A stretch of DNA of 64,000 nt. Source: Camelus ferus (Eukaryota). Under the pieces are notes generated by a model. It searched no databases, was not told the origin of the DNA, and was given only the letters and a program-made list of their open reading frames with translations. A program made the position numbers and the translations under genes. The stretch covers positions 75,392,001 to 75,456,000 of the forward strand of contig NC_045696.1 in NCBI RefSeq assembly GCF_009834535.1. The letters run 5' to 3'. Numbering within the stretch: position 1 is the first letter of the stretch; each line of letters begins with the position of its first letter. Of this stretch, positions 25,490 to 38,599 are shown piece by piece.

Positions 25490-26030
25490 GGGAAGATAAA
25501 ACATCTCTAACTCTTTCTTTATATAACAGCATTTGAATACTTTGAAGACAATCATTAGGTTCCCCAAGGGCTACTCTTTTTCAAGTTAAAGAATCTGGTT
25601 TACTCAATTGTTTCACATACTGCCTGACCGTGAGTTATTTCATTTCCTGACCACTCTCCTCTGAATGTCCTTTGATTTGATAATGACTGTTTCAGAGACT
25701 GCAAGCTGTCTGGTTCTGGCCCACAGATGTGTTTTGTTTGGCATGATGCCTTTTTTATTTGTTTTGTTTTTAAATAAAAAAGAAAAAGGAAAAGAAATGT
25801 GAAAGCCTTTCCACAATGCAGGCATTCTCCAGCTCCAAGCCTTCATCAATGCCTATTAATCCGGGCCTCGCTGCCCTTGGCCACTAAAAGTGTTTGAATT
25901 TGAGACCCCTGCTGAAGTGTCACATCTGGAACTGAACCTAGCTGTGGTCTGGCTACATCTCAGTTGAAGGGGGTCTTTCATTCTATGGCACTATCAATAT
26001 TGCAAATTGAGATTTATCTGTTATAGTACA
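25490..26030 (-). mobile_element. L3/CR1 LINE fragment interrupted by MER102
   Basis: 'tactttgaagacaatcatt', 'ctctttttcaagttaaa', 'ctctcctctgaatgtcctttgatttg' before the insert; 'ggaactgaacctagctgtggtctgg' resumes the L3 consensus after it. Confidence 0.7.
25693..25911. mobile_element. MER102-like hAT-Charlie element
   Basis: 'cagagactgcaagctg...ggcccacagatgtgttttgtttggc' at one end, 'ggccactaaaagtgtttgaatttgagacccctg' at the other; TSD not retained. Confidence 0.75.
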
Positions 26031-27004
26031 TTTCCTTGGAATGCATTTTAACCCATGTGTGAACCATTCCTCTACACAGCCTCTGAAGATGGATTTGGTC
26101 ATTTTTACCTTCAGAATATAGAATTCATTTGCACCAAAGCATTATTGAAGAGTGTACACTTTGTTGAGAGCTTAGAACTGGAGGCAAAAGAGAGGGTTTA
26201 TAAAGCCCAACATTTTCCTCCAGATCTCTTTCCTTAGCCTTACATTTCTTGGCATTCTCCATCCCCATTCCCCCTCTTTCAGTGCAAGCACTTAGCTTTA
26301 CTGATTCCTGATTCCTTTCCCAGAATCCTCTTTCTGGGGCTTCTCAATCTCTTTCCCTTAATTATTCAGAGTAGTTTAGTCCTCATCTAGCTGTGCCAAA
26401 CCTGGTGGTCACGGCTGTCATCTCCTCAGCTGACAACAGAGCCTCCACTTATCAGGAACCACTTCCCATAGAAGGCTGCAAGAGATTACCATAACCAAAA
26501 CATATTTTTACTGTCACAATAATATTCCTTGTTTTGGAGCTAGGCAGCATATCTAATCCAGCTCTCTCTTCTTCCACATGGAGAAACCCAGATCCAGAAT
26601 GATAACATTTGTTAGCTGAGACAACAGATAGCTTTCAGAGAGGTAGGCATAAAAGCCAGCACTGGTACTTCCCAGGTCTCTCTCTATAACATTGGCTATG
26701 TATAATGTTACTAGAAACTCTGTTTACATATGAGCTGTCACTAACTCTAAGTACAGTAAGTCTTGGTGATATTATTTTAGATTTGACCTTGACCATACCA
26801 AAGCATATAACTGAATTTCCTCTCCCTTACATACACACTATATGCATCCCAGCTCAGTGGCTGAAAGGCTGCTGTATTTGTTTCCCTACTGAGTTTTGCC
26901 ATAAAGTGCCTTTTGGAGCTTATGACAGAGCATTTTAAAAAATGTGAAGAACTACACAGTGGGAATTTCCAGCTATGCTAACACTAGAATCTAATGCAGC
27001 AATA

Positions 27005-27190
27005 TTACAGAATGATGGCATTTTAGAGTGGAAAGAACCTTATAAATCGTCTAATCTGATCCTCCTCTACTTTTACCCATGAAGAGATTTAGACCTGAAT
27101 GGGTTGGTCTTTTGCTGAGAGTCTTAGAGCCATTTAGTTTTGGGACCAAGACCAGAAGCTGGCTGTCCCGCCTCTAGTGCAGTTGTACAA
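27005..27190 (-). mobile_element. MIR3-like SINE
   Basis: 'ttttagagtggaaagaaccttataaatcgtctaatctgatcc'. Confidence 0.65.
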
Positions 27191-27499
27191 CTCTGCAGAG
27201 CTTTCACATATAAACAAATAAACAGGAAAGCCTAGTTCTCAGCACTGTTCTGTGTTTATTGATAGCAAAGGGGATCATGTGCCACTTATAGTAATCGCCT
27301 AAGATTTTATAATAATCCTTGCATTATCCTGTTAAACTGTGGCTGTAGCTCTGTGCGTAATAGATTGAAATCTATTATTCATAATGCCATCTTGTTCCTG
27401 TTCAAATAACATTATCATTATGACTAAAATTTTCTAAATTCATACTCAATTTCATAGCAGTGAGAAGAAAAGGCATTAGAATAAAGAGTTTTCATTTGT

Positions 27500-27575
27500 G
27501 AATTCAATTCAATAGATATTTTTCAAGTACCTACTGTGTGCCTAGTGCTATCCTTGACACTGTTTGGGAATTCAG
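27500..27575 (-). mobile_element. L2 3' terminal fragment
   Basis: 'aattcaattcaatagatatttttcaagtacctactgtgtgcctagtgct'. Confidence 0.7.
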
Positions 27576-27689
27576 ACCCCAATATTGAGGGCTGTTATCT
27601 TCAGAGAGCTACTATTCTGTTGTGGGCTTCTGAGTGTCCTGGGACATCTGGAGAATGAGGCAATGTTGTTTGTAAGGAGGTGGAATAGT

Positions 27690-27912
27690 GTAGTGGGTGG
27701 TGGCATGGTTGCAGTGTTGGTTTGCATCCTGGTTCTTTTATTTACCAGATGTGTTATCTTGGGCAAAGAACTTCAGTCAAGTCGCAGTGTCCTCATCTGG
27801 GGATAAAAATAGCACTTACTTCAGAGAGTAATTTCAAAGATTCTATTAAAAGACAAGATAGAAATCACTTAGCACATGCCTCACTTGTAGTTCTCAAATA
27901 TGTTAGCTAATG
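27690..27912 (+). mobile_element. MIR SINE
   Basis: 'gtgttatcttgggcaaag', 'cagtgtcctcatctggggataaaaatagcac', 'ctcaaatatgttagcta'. Confidence 0.8.
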
Positions 27913-28477
27913 CTTAAAGTCTTTATTATGTCACTGAAGCTTAATGTGCTTTGAAGAGCAGTAAAACCAATTATCTCAGTACATTTAGGGGAAGAAAACT
28001 CGGGTTTTGGGTCTGAAATATCTTGATTTTATTGATTGACTGACGGCTAGTTGATTGAGTGAATTCTGTTGTGTGGCTCAATGTAGCCTGTTTGCCCACA
28101 GCAGCAATCTCTTGCTTTGACGAAGAATCCTAAGAGTAAAGTTAGGATAGCAATCACTTTGCTGGGGGTTATCTTCGGTTTAATTATGAATCATTTGTTC
28201 TTGGGAGAAATGTCCTCCAAATAGAAGTCTCTGTCCCTCTGACTGTCAGTGTTTCCTATTCACCTCAAGTTCTCAGACAAAGGTCTCCTGACTGGTTGGC
28301 AATTACTCGGGTTCCCACCCTGACTTATCTCAGCACCCTCAGTTGTTGCCAATAAATTCACCCCTCAGAGGAGAACATTTGAACCAAATGATACAAAGGT
28401 TTTGGAAAGACTTGAAGCATTCTGTTCGGTGATGTGAGATAATCAAATGAACTGACTAATTACTTGCCAAATATTTT

Positions 28478-28683
28478 CTTATCTTTTCTTCTCTTGTCTT
28501 TTTTTTCTTTCTTCCCTCCCTCCCTCTTTCCTTCCTTTCCTGTCTTTCCTCTTTCCTGTCTTTCCTCTATCCTTCCTTCCCTCTTCCTTTCTTTCAAGCT
28601 TTTTGGTTTTTGTTTTTTGTTTCAGTATATATTCATTTTTCTCTCTCCACCTCGCCGTCTCTGTCTGTCTGTCTCTCTGTGTA

Positions 28684-28710
<27 letters not shown>
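28478..28710. repeat. CT-rich low-complexity tract followed by (TG)n at 28684-28706
   Basis: Read directly. Confidence 0.9.
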
Positions 28711-28715
<5 letters not shown>

Positions 28716-30144
28716 ATTCTTTTTTTAAACAGGGAAAATAATACAGGGAAACAAAATGATCTTAACAATGCATCTGTATAATCTAAAAGAAGAAAATTAT
28801 GGCTAATTTTAAATGAAATGTTTCTTAAGCAACTTTGCAGTCAGGGTATTAATAATCATTTTACAAAGCGAGTGACATATACCAGAGCATATTGGAATAT
28901 TAGGGATCCGTGAATTGCTGTCAGTTTGAATTTGTATATATTTTCCCATCACTAAAAATACTGTGATCTAATTTGCAGAGAAAAAAAATCCTGTAAAATA
29001 ACACTGTTGTTAAATATGTTTGTGTGAGACAATTTCTACATATGCAATACCAATTAGAGATCTAAACACATACTTGGATAATTAATATGAGTAAAGATCA
29101 AAGACTTGTTGCATACAACAATCAGTTAAGATCTTTTTCCTGTAGTAATTTAGATGTTTGTATCTATTCTCCAAGTTAGTAAGTCTGTTCACATGTCTAG
29201 ACAGAGCTTCTTTCAGAAAATTGATCAAACAGAAGAAAATTCTGACAGTAACATAATTGAGAATTTGAAAGACTGAGAAAAAACACACAATTCTAATATA
29301 TTAGAATTGAAACCTGCAGCTTATGAACTGACACCACACCATTTTAAAAAATATTTCTCGTATACACTAGAATCAAGAAACAGCCCCAAATCCAACTGAG
29401 AGAAGGGAAATCACTTCCCTATGAAAGAAAGCTTTCCCATGAGTGATCATCTTCTCTTCCAGAGGCAGGTAACATTGCGTTCTCTAATTTTCCATCTTCC
29501 AGCCATTTTCCAATTCATCTAAACCAAAACCTTTCTGTTTAATTGTAGCCTCTTTCTGGATAGCAATCATCACCAATTCCTAGACCAATTCAAGAGGATG
29601 AATGCAAAACAAACACAGTTCTCTGGGATACTCTGGCTTACCTCTAGTGCATGCCACTCTGTCACGTCACTCTCTGCTTTGTTGCACACTCTCGGGTCTT
29701 TCTGGCCTGTCCACAGGGCTCCTGAGATGACCCAAGAGTGTACTGTATGCTTGAATGGGATTAAAAAAAAAAAAAGAAAAAAAAAAAGAAGAGAGAATGA
29801 TGCCCAGAGGCCTTTGTACCAAGACAGAGTAGTCATTGTTCCATGCCCTCCCTGGCTGTGTGGGGTGAGGGAACAGAGCATTCAACCATGTAAGGTAAAT
29901 AGCAACTAGCCTAGTGCCTGGTGCAACTAACCAAAGGAAGTGAAGGGGCCATTGAAGTGCAGGGCTAAAGGGGAGACTGTTGACTCAGGCACTCCTCTAC
30001 TTTCCAGGTAAGAAACGAAGTTGAGACATAAATTTATTTATAATTTTAAAAGACCTGGAAATATGATCCATGCAATATTCTATGTAGTTTGTTCTAAACT
30101 ATTTCAGGACGCCTTTGTGGAGCATGATGGCAAAAATTAAAATA

Positions 30145-30265
30145 CAGGTGGTTAGAAATGGAAAGGGCCTGAGAGATAATCTAGCTCATTCATCTGGCTT
30201 TACAGATGAAACATGCAGACCCAGGGGGTTAAAGCTATGGTCCACGAACTGTGGCCACACAGCGC
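30145..30265 (-). mobile_element. MIR3/MIRc fragment
   Basis: 'ttagaaatggaaagggcctgagagataatctag', 'tttacagatgaaacatgcagaccc'. Confidence 0.7.
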
Positions 30266-30689
30266 AGGAGACACACTGATTTTGTCAGCATGCACTGCCC
30301 CTTCTTCCTTACCTGGAACACGTCTTTTTACAGTCTTGCAGGCTCTATCTTGCTACCTCTCTGTGCTTGCAAGTTTTCCTCTTTCTCTTTGGTTGTATTT
30401 CAAACAGTGTACTGTGTGTGGCAACTGAATTATTATAGTTATCTGTATATTCCATAGGCAATTTAAAATTGGCTTGGGTTAAAATGGGAAACTTCACACT
30501 AGTCATAAGAAACTCTTAAGAGACGCAGCAATTCAATCTGGTTCACATAATAATAGCAATAAAGAAGAAATTGAACATTTTTTCTCTCTTGCAACGAGCT
30601 AAAAACAATTTATGGATTTCTTATTAATCCTCCCAGAAGAGCTACTGCCGTTTTGTTTACTGGGAACTTCAACCACAGAGGTCATGAGG

Positions 30690-30885
30690 CTGAGTATACA
30701 CAGGAGCGGCAGGCGCTGGTGTGGGTATCAGACTTTATCTCGAGGTGCCTTGGTGGTGCTAACTTGCTGTTTGATCTGGTTGAATCACAGAATCTCTCTG
30801 CACCTCAGTTTACTCATCATTTAAATGGGAGGAATTGCCCAAGGTGATCCCAAGAAGCCTTCGTGGACAAGATCTAAGTGATTTC
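30690..30885 (+). mobile_element. MIR3-like SINE
   Basis: 'tctctctgcacctcagtttactcatcatttaaatggg', 'ccaaggtgatcccaagaagccttc'. Confidence 0.72.
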
Positions 30886-31099
30886 ACAGAGATCTGAGCC
30901 TGCGGCTTAGATTTTCTCCCTCTTGCTACTCCTGCTTAAAGTCTTCCCTGAGGCTCTAGACCTTTTCTGTTCTTCTCAGTTCCCCCTGTTTATAAATTTT
31001 CTTCTTCTTCTCTTTTTCTGGGGAGGAACAAGAAAGACAGTAATGCCTTTTCTATGTCAGGGATTGGCCAACAAATAAGAGTAGAGAGAATTAAGCAGT

Positions 31100-32580
31100 A
31101 AATGGACAATTACCTTATTTATTCCTGGTGGAATCCTAGTAGTTGTTCAGGACATTTAAATTTTTTTCATGATTCAATGTCACTCCTGCCTGCTTACTTG
31201 AAGCATCTCACCTTCTACTTTCTTAAACTGAAATCATCCATTATGGGTTCTTTGAACGTTCTTCCTTCAAAATGTTTCTGCTCTTAATTCACCCTTTCCC
31301 TACTCCCCATTCCAAAGTTACCCTACTTCCATTTTAGAGGAAGAAGAGTGCCTGTGTCATCCAAAGTGACCCTCTATTATGGCCTTAATCCAATGCCCAG
31401 TTCTTCTAAGTCAGTGGCTCTCTTACTTGAATACATATTAAAATCACCTGGGAGAACTAATAAATAATAGAGGTTCCCGCCCTACCTGAAGCAATTTAAT
31501 CAGAATCTCTGCACATCAAGACTAGACATTAGTATTTTAAGGGTCCCAGTTGAGTCTAGTGCTCAGAAATGGTAGATAACCATGGCTCTGGGGTCTTGAA
31601 ATATTAATTAATCTTTATATATTCTTCAACTTTAATCCATTTTACTGCTCCTTCTCATCAGTGTGCAAATGTGCTCAGCCTTCTGTTATCTTAATCAAAC
31701 ACCTTCCCTTGTCCCTCAAGTTATGATTCCATGCATTGTCTTTCCTCCTAGTTTGCCTTCTCTATAGTTCTGATCCAGGCCAGTCCTGAATAACTTTGAG
31801 GGCACCACATGTCCAACAAAGTCCCTCTGTCTTCATCCCCCTCCAGGCTCTCTGCAGGGCGACACTCCTGATCCCCACTGCCTCTGTGACGTCTTCTCTT
31901 CCTTGGATTTCTGTGATTCTATGTTCTCTTGGTTTTTTTTCCATGCCCCCCAAATTTCCTTTAATTGTGCCTAAGTGTAAATGAAGTCATGAAAATGGCT
32001 CTGAAATCTGCATCCCTCTCCTGAGTAGCAATTTACCTCACAGGGAGGCTTCCTTATCTGGATGTTGTCCCTCCACCTCAAACTCAACATGTTCCAAACC
32101 CAGCCTCATCCTCTTCCATCAGTTCCATTCTTTCCCTGTGATCCCCCATGAAACTGACCAACACTGTCTTCCCAGTTTCCTGGGCTTAAAAATTCTGGTT
32201 ATCTGTCACTTTTTCTCTCTCTTATTTACACCCCATGTCCCATGAATCACCAAGTTGTGTCTCTTTTACCTTTGTAAATTTTAGGACATCTGTTTCCTCC
32301 TTTTCACTTTTAATTCTTACTTCACCCCCTGTTTTAAGCCACAGGTCAAATACTCACTCCCCTATGGTATTCCATACCATAGCCATTCCAAATGCATAGT
32401 CAAAATTAGCCTTCTTCTTCTTGGCAGTCCTAAAACACTTCATGGGTCTAGGGTGAGATTTAGCAATTCTACTTTTTAGTATATTACTGCTTGTGCTGTT
32501 TTCATTACTTAATTGCAAACTGCTTGATATTAGAGACCATATTTTTTTGGATGGAGTTAGTATTAAGAACAAGAGACTTA
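31100..32580 (+). mobile_element. Long degraded L2 LINE, interrupted by MER5A
   Basis: 'ctggatgttgtccctccacctcaaactcaacatgttccaaaccc', 'catgaatcaccaagttgtgtc', 3' end 'aattgcaaactgcttgatattagagacc'. Confidence 0.75.
31412..31585. mobile_element. MER5A hAT-Charlie MITE
   Basis: 'cagtggctctc...aaaatcacctgggaga...aatcagaatctctg...attagtattttaagggtccc...gataaccatgg'. Confidence 0.85.
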
Positions 32581-32659
32581 TAATATATCTGAGTAAACAA
32601 AAATACACACACATACACACCCCACAATCACAATACACTGGAGACTGTTATACATCATT

Positions 32660-32895
32660 AAATGTAATGTTGGCACAGGGCTTTGTGAACATTTATAGCC
32701 ACACTTATCATACCAGCACATATTATATATGTGTTATCTTATTCAAACCTCCCCAAGCCCTACAAGATCAGTATTATGAGAATCCACTTTATAGATGGAA
32801 GTGACTTGAAGTGACTTGCCTAAGAAGACACAGTCAGTAATGGAAGAGCAGAGGTCAAATCCAGATATAAAAGTTCATGCTCTTAACACTGTATG
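32660..32895 (-). mobile_element. MIR SINE
   Basis: 'cactttatagatggaagtgacttg(aagtgacttg)cctaag...cacagtcagtaatgg'. Confidence 0.75.
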
Positions 32896-33334
32896 ATTTC
32901 CTTAGATTAAACCTTATCCTTTGCTTGCACATTGAGAGTTGATGGACCAGGGGAGAAGACCCTTTGCTAAGGGAAGGGTTGTAGATGGTGAAGAGCAGTT
33001 TTATTTCTGAAAAATAATAAAACGTTTTGTATATTCTTTCTTTTGACTCTCATTGTTCTTGTAACCTCCCAACTTGAGCAGGAGGTAGTGGGGGTGGAGG
33101 GGTTTCAGCTGCACTGTGTGAGGACACCCTTCTAATGTGCCAGCTCCTCTGGTCTGTTAGCCCACCATTTGCATCATCTCTTTTTTTCAGCCTGAAGGCT
33201 TTGTCTTTAAGAAATCTAGGTTAAAATGATAAGACCCTTGGACTTGGTCATACATTCTTATCTGTTAATAGTTGAGGAAGAATTTATTAGACAACCTTAT
33301 GAAGTCCTCTCTTGACCACTCCTACCCATGATAA

Positions 33335-33520
33335 AGTCACTTGCACGGACCTATGTTCTTTACATGACACCCAGATGCTTGCGGTAACCCAGACAGTATT
33401 TTCTTCTGAGTAGTAATCAATACTAGTTTGCAAGGAACTTGAGGGCAAAGAAGCATGTTCTAATCTTTTTATCAATTTTAGTATCTTACTAGGCTAATGA
33501 TTCTGAATGTAAATTATACT
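33335..33520 (+). mobile_element. L2 3' end fragment
   Basis: 'tgcaaggaacttgagggcaaagaagcatgttctaatcttttt'. Confidence 0.6.
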
Positions 33521-33969
33521 TGTTTAATAGAGGTAGTGTGAATTCAAGTTTTTAAAAGGAGAAGCAAAAGCATAAGTGCTTTTTCTTGAAAAGGGCCCAA
33601 TAATTGATTGTTGAAAAGAACTGAATTAAATTGATTTACAGTTAGGTCACTTTTTCTATATCAGAAAAAAAAAAGGAAGAAATTGTATTTTCTTATAAGT
33701 TTCTAGGTGATCCTGATAAGAGAAAAAAACATTTTTCTTTAAATATAAATGCTTATGTACTCTGTAAATCTCACTATGACTTTAGGTTCCTTTCTCTAAC
33801 GAAGGATGAGGAACAGGCATAGTGCTTTGTACCAACTTCAGTTTCAAGGTTTGACTCTGATAAATATTTCAAGTTTGAATACTTATTAGAAGTTCATTCG
33901 AATTTACCTAGAACCATATCTTCTTAATGTTATCATTTTAAATACATAGTGTGTTGGAATTTCTTGGAA

Positions 33970-34208
33970 ATGGTGACTAAAAGTATAGACTTTGGAACCA
34001 GGATTGTATCACCTGAAATTGAATCAAAGTCTTAATGCTTGCTGACTAATTTTGGATTAGTCGCTGGACTTTTCCGTGCCTCAATTTCCTTATCTGAAAA
34101 AGAGAGATGATAAGAAAACCTACTCATAGATTTGTCATCAGGATGAGATGATTTAGCATGGTACCTGACACATAAATAAGTAATCAATAAATGTTAGCTA
34201 TTATTAAT
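33970..34208 (+). mobile_element. MIR SINE, near full length
   Basis: 'ccgtgcctcaatttccttatctgaaaa', 'acctactcatag', 'tcaataaatgttagctattatt'. Confidence 0.87.
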
Positions 34209-36029
34209 TTTAATAGCTTTTGCTAAAATAATTTGCTCCTGGTACATCCTTTTTCAATGATTTCTTCCAATGATCTACTCTCTCTTTTCTGCCTACCATT
34301 CTCTTACAAGGGCTTATTTTCGGGAAAACCAATTTGAACATCCCCCTGGTACCATAAGAATTTCTAAAGCTGACCAGAGAATGCCCAGTGCTAGGTGACA
34401 TTACTGTCCTCAGCCCCAAACTTTGTCCCTTTCTGTCTCTGGGGCACATTCCCCATCATTTCTTACATTCAAGTGGCTTGCCCATGTGTCTGCTTTTTAA
34501 TTTTGTTTTCAACAGGCATTCTTAAAAATTTACTTTGGCTAATATGTAGTACATCTTTCAAATTTTTTTCAATCTAATCTTGTAAACACATCCAGACCAA
34601 GACTAGCCCCAAATCAGATTTTTGTTTGTTTGTTTTCTATTTTTTCTAGCATGGTGCCAGATGGCACTTAGGTAGGATAATAAAGAAAATCTGTTTTCCT
34701 CCTCACATTTTATGTATCTGTCATAAATCATAACTGACTTTAGATGAACAGCAATTTAGAAGTTCAAGTTTCAGGTGAAGTTTCAGTTTGAATTGCATTT
34801 TAATGTTTTATTAAAATTGATTTGCTTTTGTGAATATGAATTAATTCAATATCATTTTGAGGAAGTTTGTTGACAAGCAGTGATAAAAATCCAGACAAGA
34901 TAACATTTTGGCATAGGGTAGTTTTTTTTTTCCTGCTTATCTTTATTGAAGAACTACCAGTAAGAAATACTTAGCTTTTATTATACCTTTGAAATATGGA
35001 TAACATCAAGCTGCTCTACCTAGCAAAGAAGAAAAAAAATCTTAACACCATTAAGGGTGCTGTCAGAATTGACTATGGTATTTATTCACAAATCTAGCCG
35101 AGTACTGAGGCTTAAAATGTGTAACTTATTAGGTCATTGCTTTTGAATACAAATTATAATAATTTCAGGGTAATAGAGTGTTTGAATTTCTATAATTTAA
35201 AGAAAAGCAAGGATAATTATTATATTTGCTTGAGTTAAAATAGTCACAAAAACAGCAACAATAACTACAGAAATGGAAGGACCTGTGATCCAAATTCTAC
35301 TTAGACAGAGGAAAGGTAACTTTATAGGAAAGCAGCTCATGTACAACACTGATGAGGTCAAGGTCGATTTCTAGAAAATGGGATGGGAAGGAAATAAAGC
35401 TTATAATGCCACTGATATATATTGGGTTACGGAAAGTATTAGGTAAAGAGAACTGAGACATAATTTGTATTTCATCTGAAATGGGTTGTCAGCCTGAATT
35501 ATCTGAGAGATTGGTGGCAGAAGAATAGAATGGTTTTTTGGTTTTGTTATTCAAAAGATAAGACTAAGGAAAAAATAGAAAAACAATTTGATGATATGTT
35601 AAGAAAAAAATGTGAAATCTCTTACCAGACATTTCGCTCCTCTGCTTAACTTCTGCTTTCTCCTTTCCTGCTTCTCAGTGTGGAAGCTTGTGGTGGGAGT
35701 GCTGTGGAATCATTCTTCCATAGTTACCATTTAGAATCACATCTGTAAACCTTGGTCAGCATCTGGCTGAGGGCCAGCACCATGCATTAGGGGTTTACTT
35801 AGCGGGTAAGGAGAGAGCAGAGATAGATGTTAATCCATGGGAAAGCAGATTGCCTGGGTCAGTGGCCAGCAAGACCTTTGTGCATGAGTCATGTGCTTCC
35901 CGCTGTTTCCTTGAGCTCTGGGCATGACCTTTTTGGGATCTCACAGCCCAGGCTTGCACACTGGGAGCCTGTGCACATTGGCATCTGGGCAGAAAATATG
36001 TCAAATGGCCAGCAGGTGTCAAATGCAAT

Positions 36030-36320
36030 GCTTGAAAATTTGGGAGTCAGGCTGGTTCGTCTTGAACCCCAACTTTGCTGCCTACAAGGTGTATTACCTT
36101 GGACAAGTCCACTGTTCCTTCTGAGCCTCAGTCTTTTCAAGTGTAAAATAGAAACAATACGAGCACTCAATTCCTGGAGCTGTTCTGAGCTATCAATGAG
36201 AGAATGCATATCAAATGCTTAGCACAACGCCTTGAACTTACTGCAGGCTTACAAGCTTCAGCTGATGTTGTGTAAAGTGCCTGCTGTCCACAGAGTGCTC
36301 AGTAAATGTGTATCATTGTG
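36030..36320 (+). mobile_element. MIR SINE
   Basis: 'accttggacaagtc', 'ctgagcctcagtcttttcaagtgtaaaatag', 'aaatgcttagcac', 'gtgctcagtaaatg'. Confidence 0.83.
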
Positions 36321-36454
36321 GACATTTTTAAGGTCTTGTTAGCAGTGACCATATCAAGAACAGCTTTTTCTCCACGGTTGTTGTCTCCAAATCCTCTCTG
36401 GAAATGTCCGTGTCTTGGTGAAGCAGGCTTCAGAGGCACAGGTGATGGGTTCGT

Positions 36455-36700
36455 AGTTAGGCAGTGTGGCCCTGGGTTTAGAGTCAGAGGAACCGACTAG
36501 AGTCGGCTAGAAAGGCTGGCTCTGCCATTACTTGCTGTGGGACTTGGGGCAGGACCTTCAATGCCTTTGAACGTCAGTGTCCCTGTCTTAAAATAGGGGT
36601 GATAATGCCCACCACACAGAATTATAGGACTAATGGGAGATGAATTCAGTGTGAATTCAGTGTGCAACCTGCAAAATAAGGTAAGGTGCTAGTTCACCAA
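36455..36700 (+). mobile_element. MIR SINE
   Basis: 'ggctctgccattacttgctgtgggacttggggcagg', 'aaaataggggtgataatgccc'. Confidence 0.8.
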
Positions 36701-37007
36701 CTACCAAGAGGCCCCATGGCCAGCCTGTCAAAAGAAAGAATATCTAAACTACTCCTGCTTCCTTATTGTCTCTTTGCAGCTGCCCTTACTCTTGCTTTCC
36801 TTTTTGGGGAAAATTTTTGTTAAAGAATGGTTTGCTTCCTCACCATCTTCTCAGTCCTTTAACACCATTGAAACTGATTTTGGTGCTTTACTTTGTTTTG
36901 GCAAATGATCTTGCATTTCACTATTGAATAAGTAAACTCCCAAACCACAGACTCCAAAACCCTTTCTCTTTGAACTCTGTAATATTTGACATGATTGCTT
37001 ATTGTCA

Positions 37008-37200
37008 CATTAATAACAAAAACAACAGGTGCCACTTCTTGAGAGGCTACTGCCTGCCGCACTGTGCTAGCCCTTTTGCACCACGATTTCATGTAACTTA
37101 CACAAAACCTCTAGGTGGCAGGTATTATGGCCCCATTTTATGGAGGAAGAAACTGAAGCAGATAGATGTTAATTAACTTGCTTAATGTCATAATTGACAG
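37008..37200 (-). mobile_element. MIR SINE
   Basis: 'gcactgtgctagccc', 'ccccattttatggaggaagaaactgaagcagatagatgttaattaacttgc'. Confidence 0.85.
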
Positions 37201-38297
37201 AGAGAGAGCGAGCGATTGGAACCCTATTAATACTGTTTCTTCTTGGAGCTTTGCCCTTAGCTTCTATTTGTAATCTTTCTCTGTCTATTAAAATACTCAA
37301 AGCCCTATGTACCTTTATTATGGCATTTGTCTTATTCCTAACTCCTGCAACTCAATATGATTTCTGAGTAAATTGTAATCTCCTTGAGGAACTCCTTTAA
37401 CAGAATGACTTGTTGGGACAAATTATTATTATTATTTTTACAAACGGAGCATTAAACAAAGAAGGTTTCCTTGGACTGAAAAGTCTAGAGTTAACACTAA
37501 GTAAAACATAAAAACATCAACTCCTTACTAGATCATTTACCTTTATAACCAACATAACACTGACCTTCTCAGAGTAAGAGTTTCCTTTGGGTTAATTGGT
37601 TGAAAGGCTTTTTCATAAATACTGCAGGGGTAGAGAAATATAGATGAAGGGACAAAATGTGCGTACTTATCTTAGAAGTTGCATTTGAAAACATCATTGC
37701 TGCTCTGATTAATGACAAAGAATCCCAGCCAGGGTGAGTGTAATGTGATTTAGATAAACTCTAGGTAACATAATGCTCAGGAGAGAAATTTGAGCAAGTT
37801 TCCGTGATGCCCAGATGGACCATAAACAAGAGACAATGAATGTTGTTCCTTTCCCTGCTGACCTTTGTTTAACAGAACTCTCTCATTAGAAAAGAGCTTG
37901 CTTTAGCTTATTGTTAAAATTGCTGTTTGCTCACCTGCTTTGAAAATGGAACAGGCAAGGGCAAGCACTGAGGTAGATTAATAGTTTGCCTCCTTGGTGC
38001 TGGTGCAGTGCTTTCCTCTCTATCTCTTCAGGCCAATAGTGATAACATTGTTTTTATGTGTATATATATATACTTTTCCCAATGAGCAAGGGGCTGATGT
38101 ATAAAGTGGATGCAAAGCATAAATATGGGACACAACAATATTTTAAAGAAAAGTATACTAAAATATAGAGGACAACTGGGTCTAATAAAATTGCCATTTT
38201 TTCTGTAGGTGAAAATAATTGAATACAGGAAACCTCATATGGCTCAGTGTTTTGCAAGAGACCTCGACTTACATGGAACAAAATCCTATAACATAAG

Positions 38298-38378
38298 TGA
38301 CACTATCCCACTTAACTAATAGAGGCAAAGCTCAGAGAAGTTAAATGATTTGCCCAAGGACACGCACTTGATGGAATC
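38298..38378 (-). mobile_element. MIR core fragment
   Basis: 'gctcagagaagttaaatgatttgcccaaggacac'. Confidence 0.75.
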
Positions 38379-38599
38379 CAAACTCGTCCACTTTTATTTT
38401 ATTCCATAAATCTTCCTTTTCATAAAATACAGTTCCTCTCTTCATAAAACTTGTAAATAGAAGAAAAAAAAAGAAAAAAGATGTATGTGTATAATTATGT
38501 GATAAGGAAGTGGCAAATGGTAAAACCTGCTCAAAGAGTTCAAAGACCAGAGCTGTCCCTTCTATTTTATCCTGGAGGGCACGGATTGGAAAGGGCAAA

